From assembly GCF_009914755.1 (NCBI RefSeq), contig NC_060947.1: a stretch of 64,000 bases of DNA; one strand, given 5' to 3'. Both the position numbers and the translations under genes were made by a program. The notes below the pieces were generated by a model. That model had not been told where the DNA came from and did no database searches. It saw only the letters and a program-made list of their open reading frames with translations. Source of the stretch: the human T2T-CHM13v2.0 reference genome, Homo sapiens. Shown here piece by piece: positions 39,030 to 56,882 of the stretch; the stretch's first letter is position 1; each line of letters opens with the position of its first letter.

Positions 39030-40135
39030 TCTTTTTTATAAAAGCTTTGTTGAGATATAACTCATGCATGAAATTTACCCATTTAACATGTACAATTCAA
39101 TATTTTTTACTATATTCACAGACCTGTGCAATTATCACCACAATCAATTTTAGAATATTTTCATTACCCCAAAAAAGAAACACTGTACCCTTTAGCCATC
39201 ACCCCTCATTTCCACATCCCCCATCTCTAGGCAACAGCTAAATCTACTTTCTATCTCTATAGATTCGCCTATTCTGGACATTTTTGGACTTTTGTGATTG
39301 GCTTCTTTCGTTTAGCATAATGAAAGGTTCAGCCATGTATAACATGTATCAATACTTCATTTTTTTTGTTAAGACTGAGTAATATTCCATGGTATGGATT
39401 TTACCACATTTTATTTATCCTTTCATCAGTTGATAGAAATTTGACTTATTTTTACCAAATTTTGGCTACTATGCTGCTATGATTATTTCATATACAATTT
39501 TTTAACATATGTTTTCATTTCTCTCGAGTAAATACCAAGGAGTGTAATGGTTGTTTCATAGGATAACTCTATGTTTAATCATTTGAGGAATTTCCAAAGT
39601 GACCAGCAGTGTGTAAGAGTTCCAATTACTCCACCTTTCACCAATACTTGTTATTATAAACCTTCTTGATTATAGCCATCACAGTGAATGTGAAGTGTTT
39701 CATTTTGGTTTTAATTTACATTTCCGTGATGAGTAATGAGCATTTTTCATGTGCTTACTAGTCAGGTATACCTCCTTTAGAAAAATGTCTGTTCATGAGT
39801 TAATGGGTGCAGCACACCAACATGGCACATGTATACATATGTAACAAACCTGCACGTTGTGCACATGTACCCTAAAACTTAAAGTATAATAATAATTAAA
39901 AAAAGAAAAATGTCTGTTCAGATTCTTTGCCTACTTTTAAATTGGGTTATATGTATCTTTATTATTGAGATGTAAGAGTTCTTGTACAAGTCCCTTATAT
40001 GAGATCTATGATTAACAATTTTCTTCTATTCTGTGGGATGTGTTTTCACTTTTTTGATGGCATTTTTTGAAGGAAAAAAAAGTTCTTACATTTGAATAAA
40101 ATATAACATTTATTTATTTTGGTTGCTATTTCTTC
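39030..40135 (-). mobile_element. L1MB-type 3' region
   Basis: gctttgttgagatataactca...atcaccacaatcaattttagaatattttcattacccc. Confidence 0.88.
39796..39903 (+). mobile_element. Young L1PA3/4-type 3' end, about 108 bp
   Basis: gagttaatgggtgcagcacacc...cctaaaacttaaagtataat; perfect 17-bp TSD agaaaaatgtctgttca at 39779-39795 and 39904-39920. Confidence 0.97.
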
Positions 40136-40559
40136 TGTCTTTTAAAGAGGTGTTTAAACAGTGAAATTGTTTTTTCCCCCCTGTGGATAAAAACACAATC
40201 TTATTATTTACTTTTCCCATCCCTAAATAGTAGAATCTATACATTTATAATCATTATTTTTTAAGGAACAACTTTTCTTTTACTTAAGAATAAATTTTTG
40301 AGTCAGTAGTAATTTTATTTTATTATATGCATGGTGGGGTTTAAGCGACTTTTTTTTTTCACTTGATTAAACTTCTCCTTATAATTATGTAAACCCTACT
40401 CACCTATTAATGATTGCCGGCCCAGTTTTGTTTTTTTCGGTAATCCATATTTACAGCTAGAAATTTTGTTGCTCTTGTCTATGTTTAATCTGTTTAATAA
40501 GGTCTAATGCTTTACAAAAACAAATGACCCTGTGGGATGTGATTCTAGGTGTGCTAGAT

Positions 40560-41016
40560 TGTGGCAACCATGAAAATGCACCAGATAGCTATCCTTCTGT
40601 GTGGAGCACAGTTGAGTGATACCCCCAGCTGCGACTTGTCCGGATCCACCATCATGTTAGTGCCAAGGCCATACTTTCCCTGGACTGTTCATGGCCAATG
40701 ACTGAACATGGCAGTGGTGCCATTGCAACCCCTTTCCTATCTGACATGTGATTCCATTAATAAGAAATTTTGACTCGTGGACTCCTCATAAGCCTGGCCA
40801 AAATCATCTTACAACTGCACTGTTCTCTGAAACTTTTCCTACCAAACCCTTCTTCCTTTCCATTCTTTTTCATAGGTGTCATAACTGTGTCACAGCTGGA
40901 AGGCTCTCTCTGCCTATCCTGTTTCCTCTCCATTTATCCTTCAAGGGATCCAGTTATTTTCTTTCATATCTAATTGCAACTTGATATGTGCTTCTTGGAA
41001 GAACTAAACTAACACA
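40560..41016 (+). mobile_element. LTR16A-like ERVL LTR
   Basis: tgtggcaaccatgaaaatgcacc...ggatccacc...gccaatgactgaac...cttcttggaagaactaaactaacaca. Confidence 0.75.
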
Positions 41017-41794
41017 ATAAAGTTAAATAGCTTCCTCTAAATCATAAAATGAATATAAATCTTGAATGTTACATAGATATCTTCAATGGGGTAATGGCTC
41101 ACAGCTTTTATTTGAACACCCACTCAAGATTAAGATAAGATTTGTCTCCAGGAGGGAGACTGTAGGGCACATTTTCACACATATCCACAGGGGCCAATCC
41201 CCCTCTAGGAAGAACACAAGAGGAGAGGAATTGGTGAGCTGAGAGGACAAAAAAATATGCTCCAAGATATAACGAAAGAAAGTCAGAGCTATAGCCGCTG
41301 AGGAGAGAGTACTTATTACCAGACATTATGAACATAAGAAAATGTAAGGGGCTAAATACTATGGCACTTGAGAGAAATTGAATGTCTCAGTACTTTGCAA
41401 AAATAATTTACTACGCCACAGGGATCCATAGAAACAATATTTAGATGAGTGGCTTCTCATTATGAGAGGGGGATTAAAATGCTTCACCTGATTCAAAATA
41501 AAAGAATAGTATAGTTGATTTTTTATTTTAGGAAGACTTAATGTAGGCTTAAGTGTATAAACTCTGAAGTCATCTATGAGCTCATTATTTGGCTCAGTCA
41601 CTTCAAAGATGTAGCAAATACTTAGCTTTATCATTCTGAGGGCAATATTACTTACTTTATAAAGATATTGTGAGGGAAATATAACATCATATGTGCAAAG
41701 TGAAAGGTACATGCCAAGTCCTCAAATAATAATAGTTACAAAGAAAGGAAGGGGTGACAACAATTGTAAATGGCTCCACAAAAGCATGTAGTGA

Positions 41795-44965
<3,171 letters not shown>

Positions 44966-45084
44966 AACCAGAAGAACATGAATTTACTGAAGTCTCTGAA
45001 CTGAATGTCAATATATGCGTATCAATTTTAGTTCTATATCTCTCTATATTATTAAAAGAATCAAAAATTAATGTAAAAAACACA

Positions 45085-45815
45085 GCATTATAGAAAACAG
45101 TGTGGTTTCTCAAAAAGTTAAGAAATAGAACTACCATATGAACTACCATATGATCCAGCAATTCCACTTCTGGGTATAAATCCAAAGGAGGTAAAATCAC
45201 TACTCAGAGAGAAATCTGGTCATTGCAGCACTATTTACAACAGCTGAAATATGGAAACAACCTAAGTGTCTGTAGACAAATGAGTAGATAAAGAAAAAGG
45301 TGTGTGTAAATGTTATTCTGCCCTAAAAAAGAAGAAAATCCTGTCATATGTGACAACATGTATGAACTTGGATTATACTAACTGAAATAACACAGACATA
45401 GAAAGACAAATACTATATGATCTCACTTATATGTGGAATCTTAAAAAAAAAAAAAGTCCAACTGATGGTAACAGAGAATGGAATGGCGGTTACTAGGACC
45501 TGGTGGCTGTGGTGGAAATGAGATGTTGGTCAAAGGGTAAAAACTTCAAGTTATATAAGTTCTGAAGACCCAATGTACAGCATGATGACTATAGTTAATA
45601 ACAATGTATTATGTTCTTTGAAATTTGCCTAGAGAGTATATCTCAAGCGTTCTCACTACAAAAAAGAATGGTAATTAGGTGAGGTGATGGATATGTTAGC
45701 TAGCTTGACTGTGGTAGTCACTTCACAATGAACACATATATCAAAATGTCATGTTGTACACCATAAATATATACAATTTTTGTCCATCATATCTCAAAAA
45801 AGTTAGAAAAAAATA
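45085..45815 (+). mobile_element. L1MA8/9-type 3' end with a 12-bp duplication (gaactaccatat twice, 45128-45151)
   Basis: gtgaggtgatggatatgttagctagcttgactgtggt...ccataaatatatacaatttt. Confidence 0.88.
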
Positions 45816-46041
45816 GACAAATCAAAAAAGAAGTTGATAAAACCTACAATAACATTAACAATCTCAAAATCAAGCGGTAAATCTACATGGGAATTGGCAA
45901 ACATTATTGAAAGACATTAGGGCAGGCCTAAATAAATAGAAAAATATACCATATCCATATATTTGAAGGTTCAACATTATGAAGGTATCATTTCTCCAAA
46001 CTTAATCCATAGATCCAATGCAATCATCATCAAAATCTTAG

Positions 46042-46650
<609 letters not shown>

Positions 46651-46836
46651 CAGTGTCTAATTTTAAAATTGCTATACACAGTTTGTATTTGTGCAAGGTC
46701 ATCAAACAGACCAATGAAACAGAATAGAGCTCAGATTAAAACTCAAATATATATGGATAAAAAGGTTATAAGAAATCAACTACAGTAGTAGAGCAAGGAT
46801 AATCTTTTAAACAAATGCTGCTGGAATAATTGATAG

Positions 46837-47200
<364 letters not shown>

Positions 47201-47851
47201 TAAACTTAAATGTGATAGGAAAAAAATACAATAAAGTTATAGAAGATAACATAGAAAAATATCTTTATAACCTTCAGATAGACAAAACTTTCTTGAACAG
47301 AATAAAAAATTCACAATCATGAAAGAAATGATTGATAAATCTCATCTCAATAAAATTAAGAAATTTTGTTCATTGAAACATGCAATTAATAGAGTGAAAG
47401 TGTAAGTCATCAAGTGAGAGAAGATATTTGAAGCACAGTCAAATAAAACAAAGGATTCATATCCAGAATTTACAAAGATATTCTGCAAGTCAATGAAAAA
47501 AACCGACAGGTTAAACCAAAAGAAAATCAGAAAAAAGACTAAAACAGGTACTAGCTGAATATGGAAAACCAATTAGCCATTATACATATGCAGAATTTCT
47601 CAACCTGATTGGTCATTAAGGAAATGCAAGATAAAGCCACATTATAATACTGCTACACTCCCAAGAGAATGGCTAAAAATAAAAATTCTGTCAAATACAA
47701 AATGTGGGCAAGGTTATGGAATAACTGGATCTCTCATGCCCTGCTACTGGGAGTGAACAAGCACTTTAGAAAAATTGGTAGTATATAAGAAAGCAAAACC
47801 TATATATGCCTTTTGATCTAGTGATTTCACTCACAAGAATATACTCTAGTG

Positions 47852-48000
47852 CAGTGATTGACAAACTATACTTTGCATTTTAAATGCTTGTGAAAATAAA
47901 AACAATACAACAAAGAACATGAGACAGAGACGATATGTGTCCAGAAAAGCCTAAAATATTTATTATCTAGCCCGCTGCAGAAAATGTTTGCTGGGCCCTG
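47852..48000. mobile_element. MER58-family hAT MITE
   Basis: cagtgattgacaaacta...aaagcctaaaatatttattatctagccc...tttgctgggccctg; 8-bp flanks ctctagtg / ccctagag. Confidence 0.8.
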
Positions 48001-48077
48001 CCCTAGAGCAATTTGTGCATAGGTATCCCAAGAGGTATGTTTAAGAATATTCACTGTTGCATTATTCATAAAAGTCT

Positions 48078-48585
48078 TATCTTTGTTTTGGTTTCCCTTC
48101 AAGCAGACTCTGAGACAAGAATTTGAGTTCAGGTGGTTCATTTGAGAGGTGATCTTAGGAAGTACCATTGAGGACGTGGGAAGAATGAGATGGGGAAAGA
48201 GGGAAAACCAATAAAGTGTGCATTTTTAAGCTGAATAGCACTCAAGGCAACTGGGGCTCATTTGTGTTATGAAGAACTACATAGTATTCAGCTAAAAATT
48301 GTCCCTCCAAAAGGCTGCTGTCCCTCATTGGTTGAGAACTGATCCTCGAAGAATTAGCTTCTGTGTGCTTTTCTGGGCTGCCCTGCTAGCAAGCCAATCA
48401 ATCAATCAAGTGAGGCCTAAATAAACAACCTGAAGTGAAAGAAAAAGGAAAACAAACAAACACATCCAGAATGTCTGTGAGCATTGATTCAGCTGGGGCG
48501 CTTCTGTTCTAGTATGCAGGAGTACTGCTGACCACTGCTGCGACTGAAATCTGATGGTGGTCGTGGGAAGGTGGTGCAGGGCATA
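48078..48585 (-). mobile_element. LTR33-like ERVL LTR
   Basis: aagcagactctgagacaagaatttgagttcaggtggttcatttgagaggtgatc. Confidence 0.65.
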
Positions 48586-48722
48586 AACCAGAAATGTCCA
48601 AATGTATTAGCAGAGAATGGATGTATAAATTCTGAAACATTCATAGAACGGGCTATCACACAGCTGTAACATTAAACCAAGTACAGCTAAAAACTGCAAT
48701 ATGAATTAATCTGAAAAACAAT

Positions 48723-49129
48723 TGCTATGGATTGAATATTTGTCCTCTCCAAAACTCATGTTCAAACTTAATCATCAATGTGGCAGTATTGAGAGGTGGA
48801 GCCTTTTAGAGGTGATTGAGTGACGAGCCCTCACGAATGCATTAATCCATTCATGGATTAATGGGTTATCATGGGAGGAGAACTGGTGGCTTTATAAGAA
48901 GAGGAAGAGAGACTGAGCTAGCATGTTAGCATGCGGAGCTCCTTCACCATGTGATGCCCTGCACCACCTCAGGACTCTGCAGAGTCTTTATCAGCAGGTA
49001 GGCCCTCACCAGATGTGGTCCCTTGACCTTGGACTTAGCCTTCAGAACTGGAGGAAATAAATTATTTTTATTTATAAATTACCCAGTTTCAGGTATGCTG
49101 TTATAAGCAACAGAAAACACACTAATACA
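48723..49129 (+). mobile_element. MSTD-like solo LTR
   Basis: tgctatggattgaatatttgtcc...cattaatccattcatggattaatgggttatcatggga...ataagcaacagaaaacacactaataca. Confidence 0.88.
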
Positions 49130-49479
49130 ATAGTGAAAGAAGCAAAACAAAAATACATACAATGCGATTGAATTTATCCAAATGCCAAAATCTGGCTAAA
49201 CCAAACAATTGGTGCTTAGAGATACAAATTTGTATGATGAAAATATAAAGATATGAAAAGAATCATTGAGAAAGTCAAGATGGTGCTTTAAGGGGAAAGG
49301 ACAAGTTTTTGATCAAGAAGGGCCTATGCTGGACTTCTAGGATGCTGCAGTGTTCTACTTCTTGACTTAGGTGGTAGTTACTCGGCTGTTCCTTGAATAA
49401 TTATTTATTAAACTACATTCATGCTTGATACAGTTTTGCATAGGTATCATATGTCACAAATTAAAAAAGAAAAAAAAAA

Positions 49480-51016
49480 CCTTCTTTGATCTCACACACT
49501 TCCTCAAGCTACTATTTATTTTTTCCTTGCCTTTACAGCAAAACTCCTCTAAAGGTGCATTGGAAACCTCTTTCCCTGTTCTCTTGAACTCATTCTAACC
49601 AGGCTTTCCTACTCACCACTGCCCTGAAACTACTCTTGTCTAGATTGCCAGTATCTCCACATTGCTGAATCTACTTATCCATGTGCATCTTACTTACCTA
49701 TCCGCAACATTTGAAACAAGTGAACGCTCTCTTCTCTGTAAAGCACTTATTTGACCTGGCCTTCAGAACTTCACGTACTTTTACTTTCTTATTATTCCTC
49801 TTTCCTACTTGTTAAAATTGCAGTCTCAGGACTCAGTTCTTGCTTGGACTTATTCTTTACCTCCAGTCACCCCCTTAGTGATCAAATTAGCTTAATGTCT
49901 TTAATTACTACTTATTTTCTAATGATTCTTAAATTTTTATCTCCAGGCTAAATCTCTCTCCTGAAATGAAGAGTCATATGTCAAACTGCTGACTTCACAT
50001 TTTTACTGAGATGTCCAATAATCTTCTCAAGCCTAACATGTCCAAAATGGAATCACCGGTTATCCCATCAAGATCTGGACTTCTCCTGCTGTCTTTCAGT
50101 GTATGGCATATCAGTAAAAAGAAACTACATACTTTTGGTTATTGAACCTAAAACTCTAGGGTCATTCTGGATGCTACTTTTCCTCTTATACCTCACTTCC
50201 ATACTATAAGCAAATCCTTACGTTGTACCTCAAATATGTGTATAAAAATCAATCCCTTCTCTTACTTTCTACTGCTATTGCCCTGATCCAAGCTGTCAGT
50301 ATTCTCTCATCTAATTATAGCAATAGTTTCCTAAATAATTTTTGTATTTATACCCTGACCCAACAGTCTGTTGTCAACACAGCATCTATTGTGATCTTAT
50401 AAAAATTCAACTGTAATCATATCACTCATGTAATCAAAATCTTTCAGTATTTCTCTTCTCACTCAGAGTAAAATCCAAAGTCCTTGCAGTAATCTGCAAG
50501 ATCCCACACAATATAGTCCTGCTTTAACTCTCTGACATCTATTTTTACACTAACTCACTCAGCTTCAGCAACACTGGCTTCGTTGCTGTTACTAGAACAT
50601 GCCAGGAATGCTTCTGGCTCAGGTCTATCGTGCTAGATTGCTCTTCTTCAGATATTCACATAGCTCGCTCCTTCACTTCTTTCATGTTTTATCTCAAATG
50701 TTAACTTTTCAGCAAGGCATTTCCTGACAACCCTTTTTAAAACCACAACTTCTTCCATTTAAACACACACACACACCTTCTATTACCATTCCTTGCCTGA
50801 TTTTTCTCCATAATACTTACCACTATTTGATAGAATATATACATATTTTTTCTGCTGATTCATATATAGCTACTGATTTTTCGTTTGCCTCCACCCAATA
50901 GAATGTAAGCTCCATGATGGCAATGATTTTTGTCTAATTTGTTTATTGCCATGGTCTTGGTGCTTTGGGCAGGTATGCCACCTTATAGTCCTTCAATAAA
51001 TATTCGTTGAACTGAA
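49480..51016 (+). mobile_element. L2a 3' region
   Basis: ctcactcagagtaaaatccaaagtcctt, agaatgtaagctccatga, end tcaataaatattcgttgaactgaa. Confidence 0.85.
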
Positions 51017-51394
51017 GGAAGAAAAGAAGACAGATAAATTTCCTTGAATTTTCCAAGCCTCAACTCACATTTTCTGAGACTTCCAGAAGCTTTTTAGCCT
51101 CTCCAGTATTGGTTATTTTTAATCATCTCACATCCATTTCCCTGGAGTGAAAAGCAATAAAGAGCTGTTTTAAAAAATAAAGATATGTAGCCTTTTTTTT
51201 TAAAGACAGCCTGGAGAGAAAATGTTGCAAGTTTTGTAGAGCAGTGCTAGAGGAGCTTGAGCAAGAAAAGTGAGAAGTGTTAAAGTGTCAACCAGCTACA
51301 CTTCTTTGAGAAAAAAAAGGTAAATAAATAAACACATGTATGTACATACGTGGAGTTCTATAGGGATAGCAAAATAGGCCCTGAGGAATCCGTG

Positions 51395-51530
51395 TGTATA
51401 GATGAGAATATCGATATTATGAGGTTACAGAATTTACTTAAGGTCACACAGCTATGTGTTAGAACTGGGATAGGAAAAAACTCAATTCTCCCAACTCTTA
51501 TCTCAGTGCTTCTTCATCCATATTGTACCA
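51395..51530 (-). mobile_element. MIR fragment
   Basis: aatttacttaaggtcacacagcta. Confidence 0.55.
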
Positions 51531-52027
51531 TTTTGAGGGAAAATTTCTATGACATTGGTGTATGGAAGGGATATTTGCATAACAGTTAATACTGTGCAGG
51601 AGAATAATTTTAACTTTTTTTCCTACCACAATAGGTAGAAGCTTGCTTTGTCTATCCAAAATGCTAACTCTCTCAGTCTACAAATGCATGGTCTACAGTC
51701 TCTTATCCCCCTCTTCTCTCTCTCTGTTTCTCTCTGTCACACACACACACACACAAATATGCATACACATGAACATATGCACAGACATGTACTTACATAC
51801 AGACACTGCTAGTCTATATGAGTTTCTGTGAAAATTAGAAAAAAGCCAATCTCTATGAATGGTTGAATCAAAATAAAAGGTGGTCCCTCAGGCACATAGT
51901 TGGTGGGCAAAGGTAACCTCTCAGAAAGGGAAACAAGTACCCCCTTCCTCCTGGCATTATCCACCACTGCACCAAAGTACATGTCAAGGACAGGCTAGAT
52001 TTCAGCATCCTTTGCCCCCTGCATAGG

Positions 52028-52142
52028 CACACACACACAAACACACACACAGATACAGTGAATACACAGACATGTGCATACATGTGCAATGAATATACAA
52101 ACACACACATAAATACACACACACACACACACACACAGGCAC
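52028..52142. repeat. Imperfect (CA)n-rich tract; a related (CT)n(CA)n tract lies at about 51715-51805
   Basis: cacacacacacaaacacacacac...acacacacacacacacacacac. Confidence 0.9.
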
Positions 52143-53261
52143 ATTGTTTAGTTTAGCTAATTAATCTTCTCACAATGTCAACTTGACCCATCAAATGATT
52201 AAATAGTGGGCTATTTTTTTCATAAGGCAAAATTCCCATTTCCATCAGAGTAAATTTTTACAGCACACAGAGAATAAAATACAGCGAAGTGATCTTTTAG
52301 ATGATGACATTATTTTCAAGGGAGCAAGGGGCAATAAGACCTCAACAGACTGACAAATGAATAAGACTAATGGAAACACTTGGTGTGGGTTAGGAACATT
52401 GGCATTCTTCAGGACTGAAAAGAGACAAAGTAAACACTGGCACATCTTTCTCTTTGAATCTAGGATGGAATTGGGAATGTGAATAAATTGAAAGCTTCTT
52501 GAAACAGCAGAGAATCAGTATTTGGAACCCTGAAACTGTAATCATTAATGCAGAATGATGGGGAAAGTGACTGAAATATGATTTTCATTATGTTTTTGGG
52601 GTTGCTATGCTCAACGTGAGAAATATTTCTGCCTTTTGCATCACCACTCTATTGTGACCATACTTTGAAGCTCAATGGCTAAGTAAGAACTAAATGTCAC
52701 TTTGAAAAATTAAATTCTCAGGCAGCACCAAGTTTGATGGAAAAGAAAGGAGAAGTAGTAGAGTAAGCAAAGGACACAGACCAATATAATTTCCTACAAC
52801 ACCTTGGCGGCTACTTAGCTTAGTGGACTAGAACACTGAAATAGCAAGGTCAATTTATAAACCATACTGAATGCCTGTTGTGTGCAGGGCCAGTACTAGG
52901 GGGTTTGGGAATGTGATTGAAATGTAGACTTACCAGAAGATAAGGCTGGAAATGCCAGAACAGGACAATGAAAGGTGGGCCTTGAATGCCAAGCTGAAGA
53001 GTCTGTATTTAACCCCCAAAGGCCGATGTTTTTCAACTTTAAATGGGTATCAACATCCCTCAGGGAGCTTGTTAAATAAACAAGTTACCTAGATTTGAAA
53101 ATTACATTTTCTTCAAGTTTCCTGGATTATTTTGATTTATGCCACATTTGAAAACGTTGTCAGAGGCACAGGGGAGACATTGAATGTTTAAAAGCAGGCA
53201 AATGGCATCAGCTATTTGCTTATGAGACATAGCTCCAACAAGCATGAATGTGTAACATGGG

Positions 53262-53620
53262 TGATATGGTTTGGCTCTGTGTCCCCACCCAAATCTCATC
53301 TCGAATTGTAATCTCCACATGTCAAAGGAGGGATCTGGTGGGAGGTGATTGGATCATGGGGACAGTTTCCCCCATGCTGTTCTCATCATAGTGAGGAAGT
53401 TCTCACAAGATCTGATGGTTTTATAAGTGGCAGTTTCCCATGTGCTCTCTCTCCTGTCACCTTGTGAAGACGTGCCTTGCTTCCCTTTACCTTCTGCCAT
53501 GATTGCAAGTTTCCTGAGGCCTCCAAGCCATGTGGAACTGTGATTAAATTAAATCCCATTTCTTTATAAATTGCCCAGTCTTGTGTAGTTCTTATAGCAG
53601 TGTGAAAATGGACTAATATA
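53262..53620 (+). mobile_element. THE1D-like solo LTR
   Basis: tgatatggtttggctctgtgtccccacccaaatctcatctcgaattgtaatc...atagcagtgtgaaaatggactaatata. Confidence 0.93.
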
Positions 53621-54224
53621 GTGGAGGAATATGTATGTGTAACATGGGGAGTGACTGGAAGAGGAAAGACTATTTGGCTTAACTCTTCTGTGAACTCATT
53701 TGTTTTCTTCTAGTCTGTAGTCACAGAATGTCACCCTCACCTCTGGAACTAAATTGCTAATCAGTGTTTTTGATGACCACGGGCAATGGATGGTTATGGC
53801 TCATCAGCTCAAAATCATTTCCATTCCTGGAAAACAATTTCAACATGGGTTGGAAAAAAAACAATTCAATATATAAGAAAGAATGATATTTTTCACATTA
53901 ATGTCAAATATTCACTGCCATAAGGGGTTCAAAGAAAAAAAGAATAAGGAAACTTCTTTAGACCTTTTTCCTGTTCTGGAAAAAATTGCTAAATTGTTGC
54001 CTGTGTGCTCAAGGAGCTATCATTCTCTTTCAAATTATTTGCTTGACTCCCTCTCTTATGTAGAATGCTGTTCTAAACCCTATTTGTAGTACAGAAGAAC
54101 TTGAGTTACAGCCTGTCTATTGAGTGAGACATGAAAAAAAGATTGAACAACACTTATAAAACAATATTTAATTAAAAGCAAAGTAAAATAATTCACATTG
54201 AGTATAGAATGAAATGGATAGAAA

Positions 54225-54685
54225 TGCAAGTCCTCTGGAGCCAGATTGTCGGCATTCATACATTAATAATCCAGCTCCTTCCTTCCTTCCTTCCTTCCTT
54301 CCTTCTTTCCTTCCTTCCTTCCCTCCCTCCCTCTCTCTCTCTTTCTTTCTTTTTCTTTCTTTCTCTGTTTCCACAGCGTCTTGCTCTATCGCTTAGCCTG
54401 GAGTGCAGTAGTGCAATCACAGCTCACTGCTGCCCTGAACTCAAACACTGGAACATTCCTCCAACCTTAGCCTCCCAAGTAGCTAATTCAGCTTCTTACC
54501 ACTTCTCTAAGACTGGACAAGTCACATAACCAATTTATGTCCTAGTATCCTCATCTATAAAATGGGAATTGCAATGGAATCTACCTCAAGAGGATGCTAT
54601 GAGCTCTAAGTGAATCACTACATGCATAGTGCCTAGAACAAGATCTGGTGCATAGAAGACTCAACAAATATTAGCTATTATTATC
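54225..54685 (+). mobile_element. MIR interrupted by an Alu fragment
   Basis: ctctggagccaga...cctcatctataaaatggg...ctcaacaaatattagctattatt. Confidence 0.85.
54281..54483 (-). mobile_element. AluJ/FRAM-like right-arm fragment whose tail has become (CCTT)n(CCCT)n(CT)n
   Basis: ctggagtgcagtagtgcaatcacagctcactgc...gcctcccaagtagc; TSD taatccagctcctt / taattcagcttctt. Confidence 0.85.
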
Positions 54686-55174
54686 ACATGAAACTTGGAA
54701 GTACAGAAGATAAATGAAGAACACACATGATTTGAGGTCAAATGGTATTACCAGGAGATACTTCCTAGAGCAGTTATGTTTTAAACTAGAGTTTTAAGGA
54801 GCTTTGGAAGAAAAGAGCATCTTCTGAGGGTCACTGAGACATTGTGTTATGTTGAAAATATAGTAATTGGCATTGGAAGACATGAGCTCCAATCTCAGTA
54901 ATAACTCTGCTTAGTTATATAATGTAACTTTTATAAATAACAGTTTTTTGATCCATAAAACAATGAAGAGTATCTTCTCTTTCTGCACAGAGTATAACTA
55001 AGAATATATATGTGTATGTGTGTGTATTTCTATGCAAAAAAGTGATATAAATGCATATATATAATATATATACATATACAATGTAAAGACAGTTTGAAAA
55101 CTAGTCTTCACTATGAATGCTAATTATATGATGTTCTAGCACTTTGTAGTATACGGTACCATAATATTAGGGAG

Positions 55175-55445
55175 ACAGTGTGATCTAACAGAAAAAGTAC
55201 AGGATTTGGAGCAAAAGAAAAAAAACAACCAACCAACCAAACAAAAAACCCATAGCTTTCAAATTCCAGCTGTGCCAATTGGGTAAAACATTTAACCTCA
55301 TGAGCCTTAGTACATTCATCTGTAAAATGGGATAATCAAATCTACCTCATGGTGCTGCTATGAAAATTAAATGAGAACACACAAATATATGATACACTTT
55401 AGCATTATCCAGAATATAATTTGTACTTGATTAATATTAAAATTA
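55175..55445 (+). mobile_element. MIR
   Basis: tttaacctcatgagcc...catctgtaaaatgggataat...aaaattaaatgaga. Confidence 0.8.
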
Positions 55446-56742
55446 TGTCCAAATAAGATATGCATAACTAACAGAGTTGGAGACAATAAGGAAAACACAA
55501 ATTACCAAAACTGGAAATGATCCTAGAAGTCATCTAATTTAACCTAATTTATTCATTCAGTATAATGTATATCAGGGCTCCTGCTTTGTGCTTGACACTG
55601 CCGTCAGTACAACTCACAATCTTTGTGCTGGCAGCTTTGACACTGATAGAGGACTCGGTTTATAGTCTTCCTCTCTCTATATATGTGTCTACGTTCATTG
55701 TTACATCCCCAGCACCAAGAATAGGACCTGGAACATTGTCAGTATTCAATAAGTATCTGTTGAAAGAATGTAAAGGGGATCTTAAATCTGGAAAATAATG
55801 CTTGAGTAGAATAGAATTTTTTTAAGAGATGAGTGATTCCTTTAAGTGTACCTGCAAGCATATAATGTAAGCAGTTTTTCCACTTCATCTTGTATCCTCT
55901 GTATCTGAAAACCAGCTTCAGAGAAAAGCAGCCAACTCTCACTTCAGTCTTATCATTAATCCCCTGACTCCTTATTAAAATTGGACCTTGAGTTGTTTTG
56001 CCCTGGAAGTGACCTGAATCACCTCTAATTTCCACATGCTTTTATGAGAAGCTACTGAGATCCTAACTTCCTTGCCTCGTCCAAAAAGCCAGAGCAAAGT
56101 GGAATATAGGACGCCACTCTCTCTTCTGCCCCCAGCTCATTACATTATCTCTGTACACACTGCTCGCATGGGCTACCTTAGCAGATCTCTTGCCTTCAGA
56201 AATCTCTGGACCGGAAACAGACACCATCTTTATGTTCCTGTAGGCTCCGAAACTTCGAGAAACAACTACAAAGCAATGTCAAGAAATCTGCCTTCTTGCT
56301 TCTTTCTCACGAGAACATCAGATAGGCCTGCTGCTCTCATCTCAGCAGGCACTTAAGCTGAGGAGAGTGATGCTAGTGTTTCCTTCTTGAAAGCCATATC
56401 CAGTCTTCAACTGATCTTTTTGGAATTCTTCTTTTCCTTGGCACAGAGAGAAAAGATCAAGGACTAGAAAAGACCATTCTCTTGCTTAAATTCTGCACAA
56501 CCAATGCCTCAAATTTTTCCTGTGTCTAATCCTCTCATGTAGATTGAGGACAGGGATAGAGATGGTTTAATACCTTCTTAGAAAATCCTACAAGAAGGAG
56601 TCTGGTCCCAAATTTGAGGCCAGAAAGATGATTTTCTTTAGAATATGAGAGTAGTTAGCAGCTTTCGTTTCCAGCTCAATAATTTTATCAACAATTCTGG
56701 TGGCTACAGGGGAAAAAAAATCAGGCAATAGAACAATCAACA

Positions 56743-56744
<2 letters not shown>

Positions 56745-56792
<48 letters not shown>

Positions 56793-56882
56793 CCTCTATC
56801 TATCTATCTATCATCTATCTACCACATCATTGTCAAACTGCTGAAAATAAACTATGTATACATAATTTATCTATGTATCTAT

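Noticed and set aside
54277-54367. 90-bp polypyrimidine tract with triplex potential
   Set aside because: An ordinary microsatellite derived from an Alu tail.
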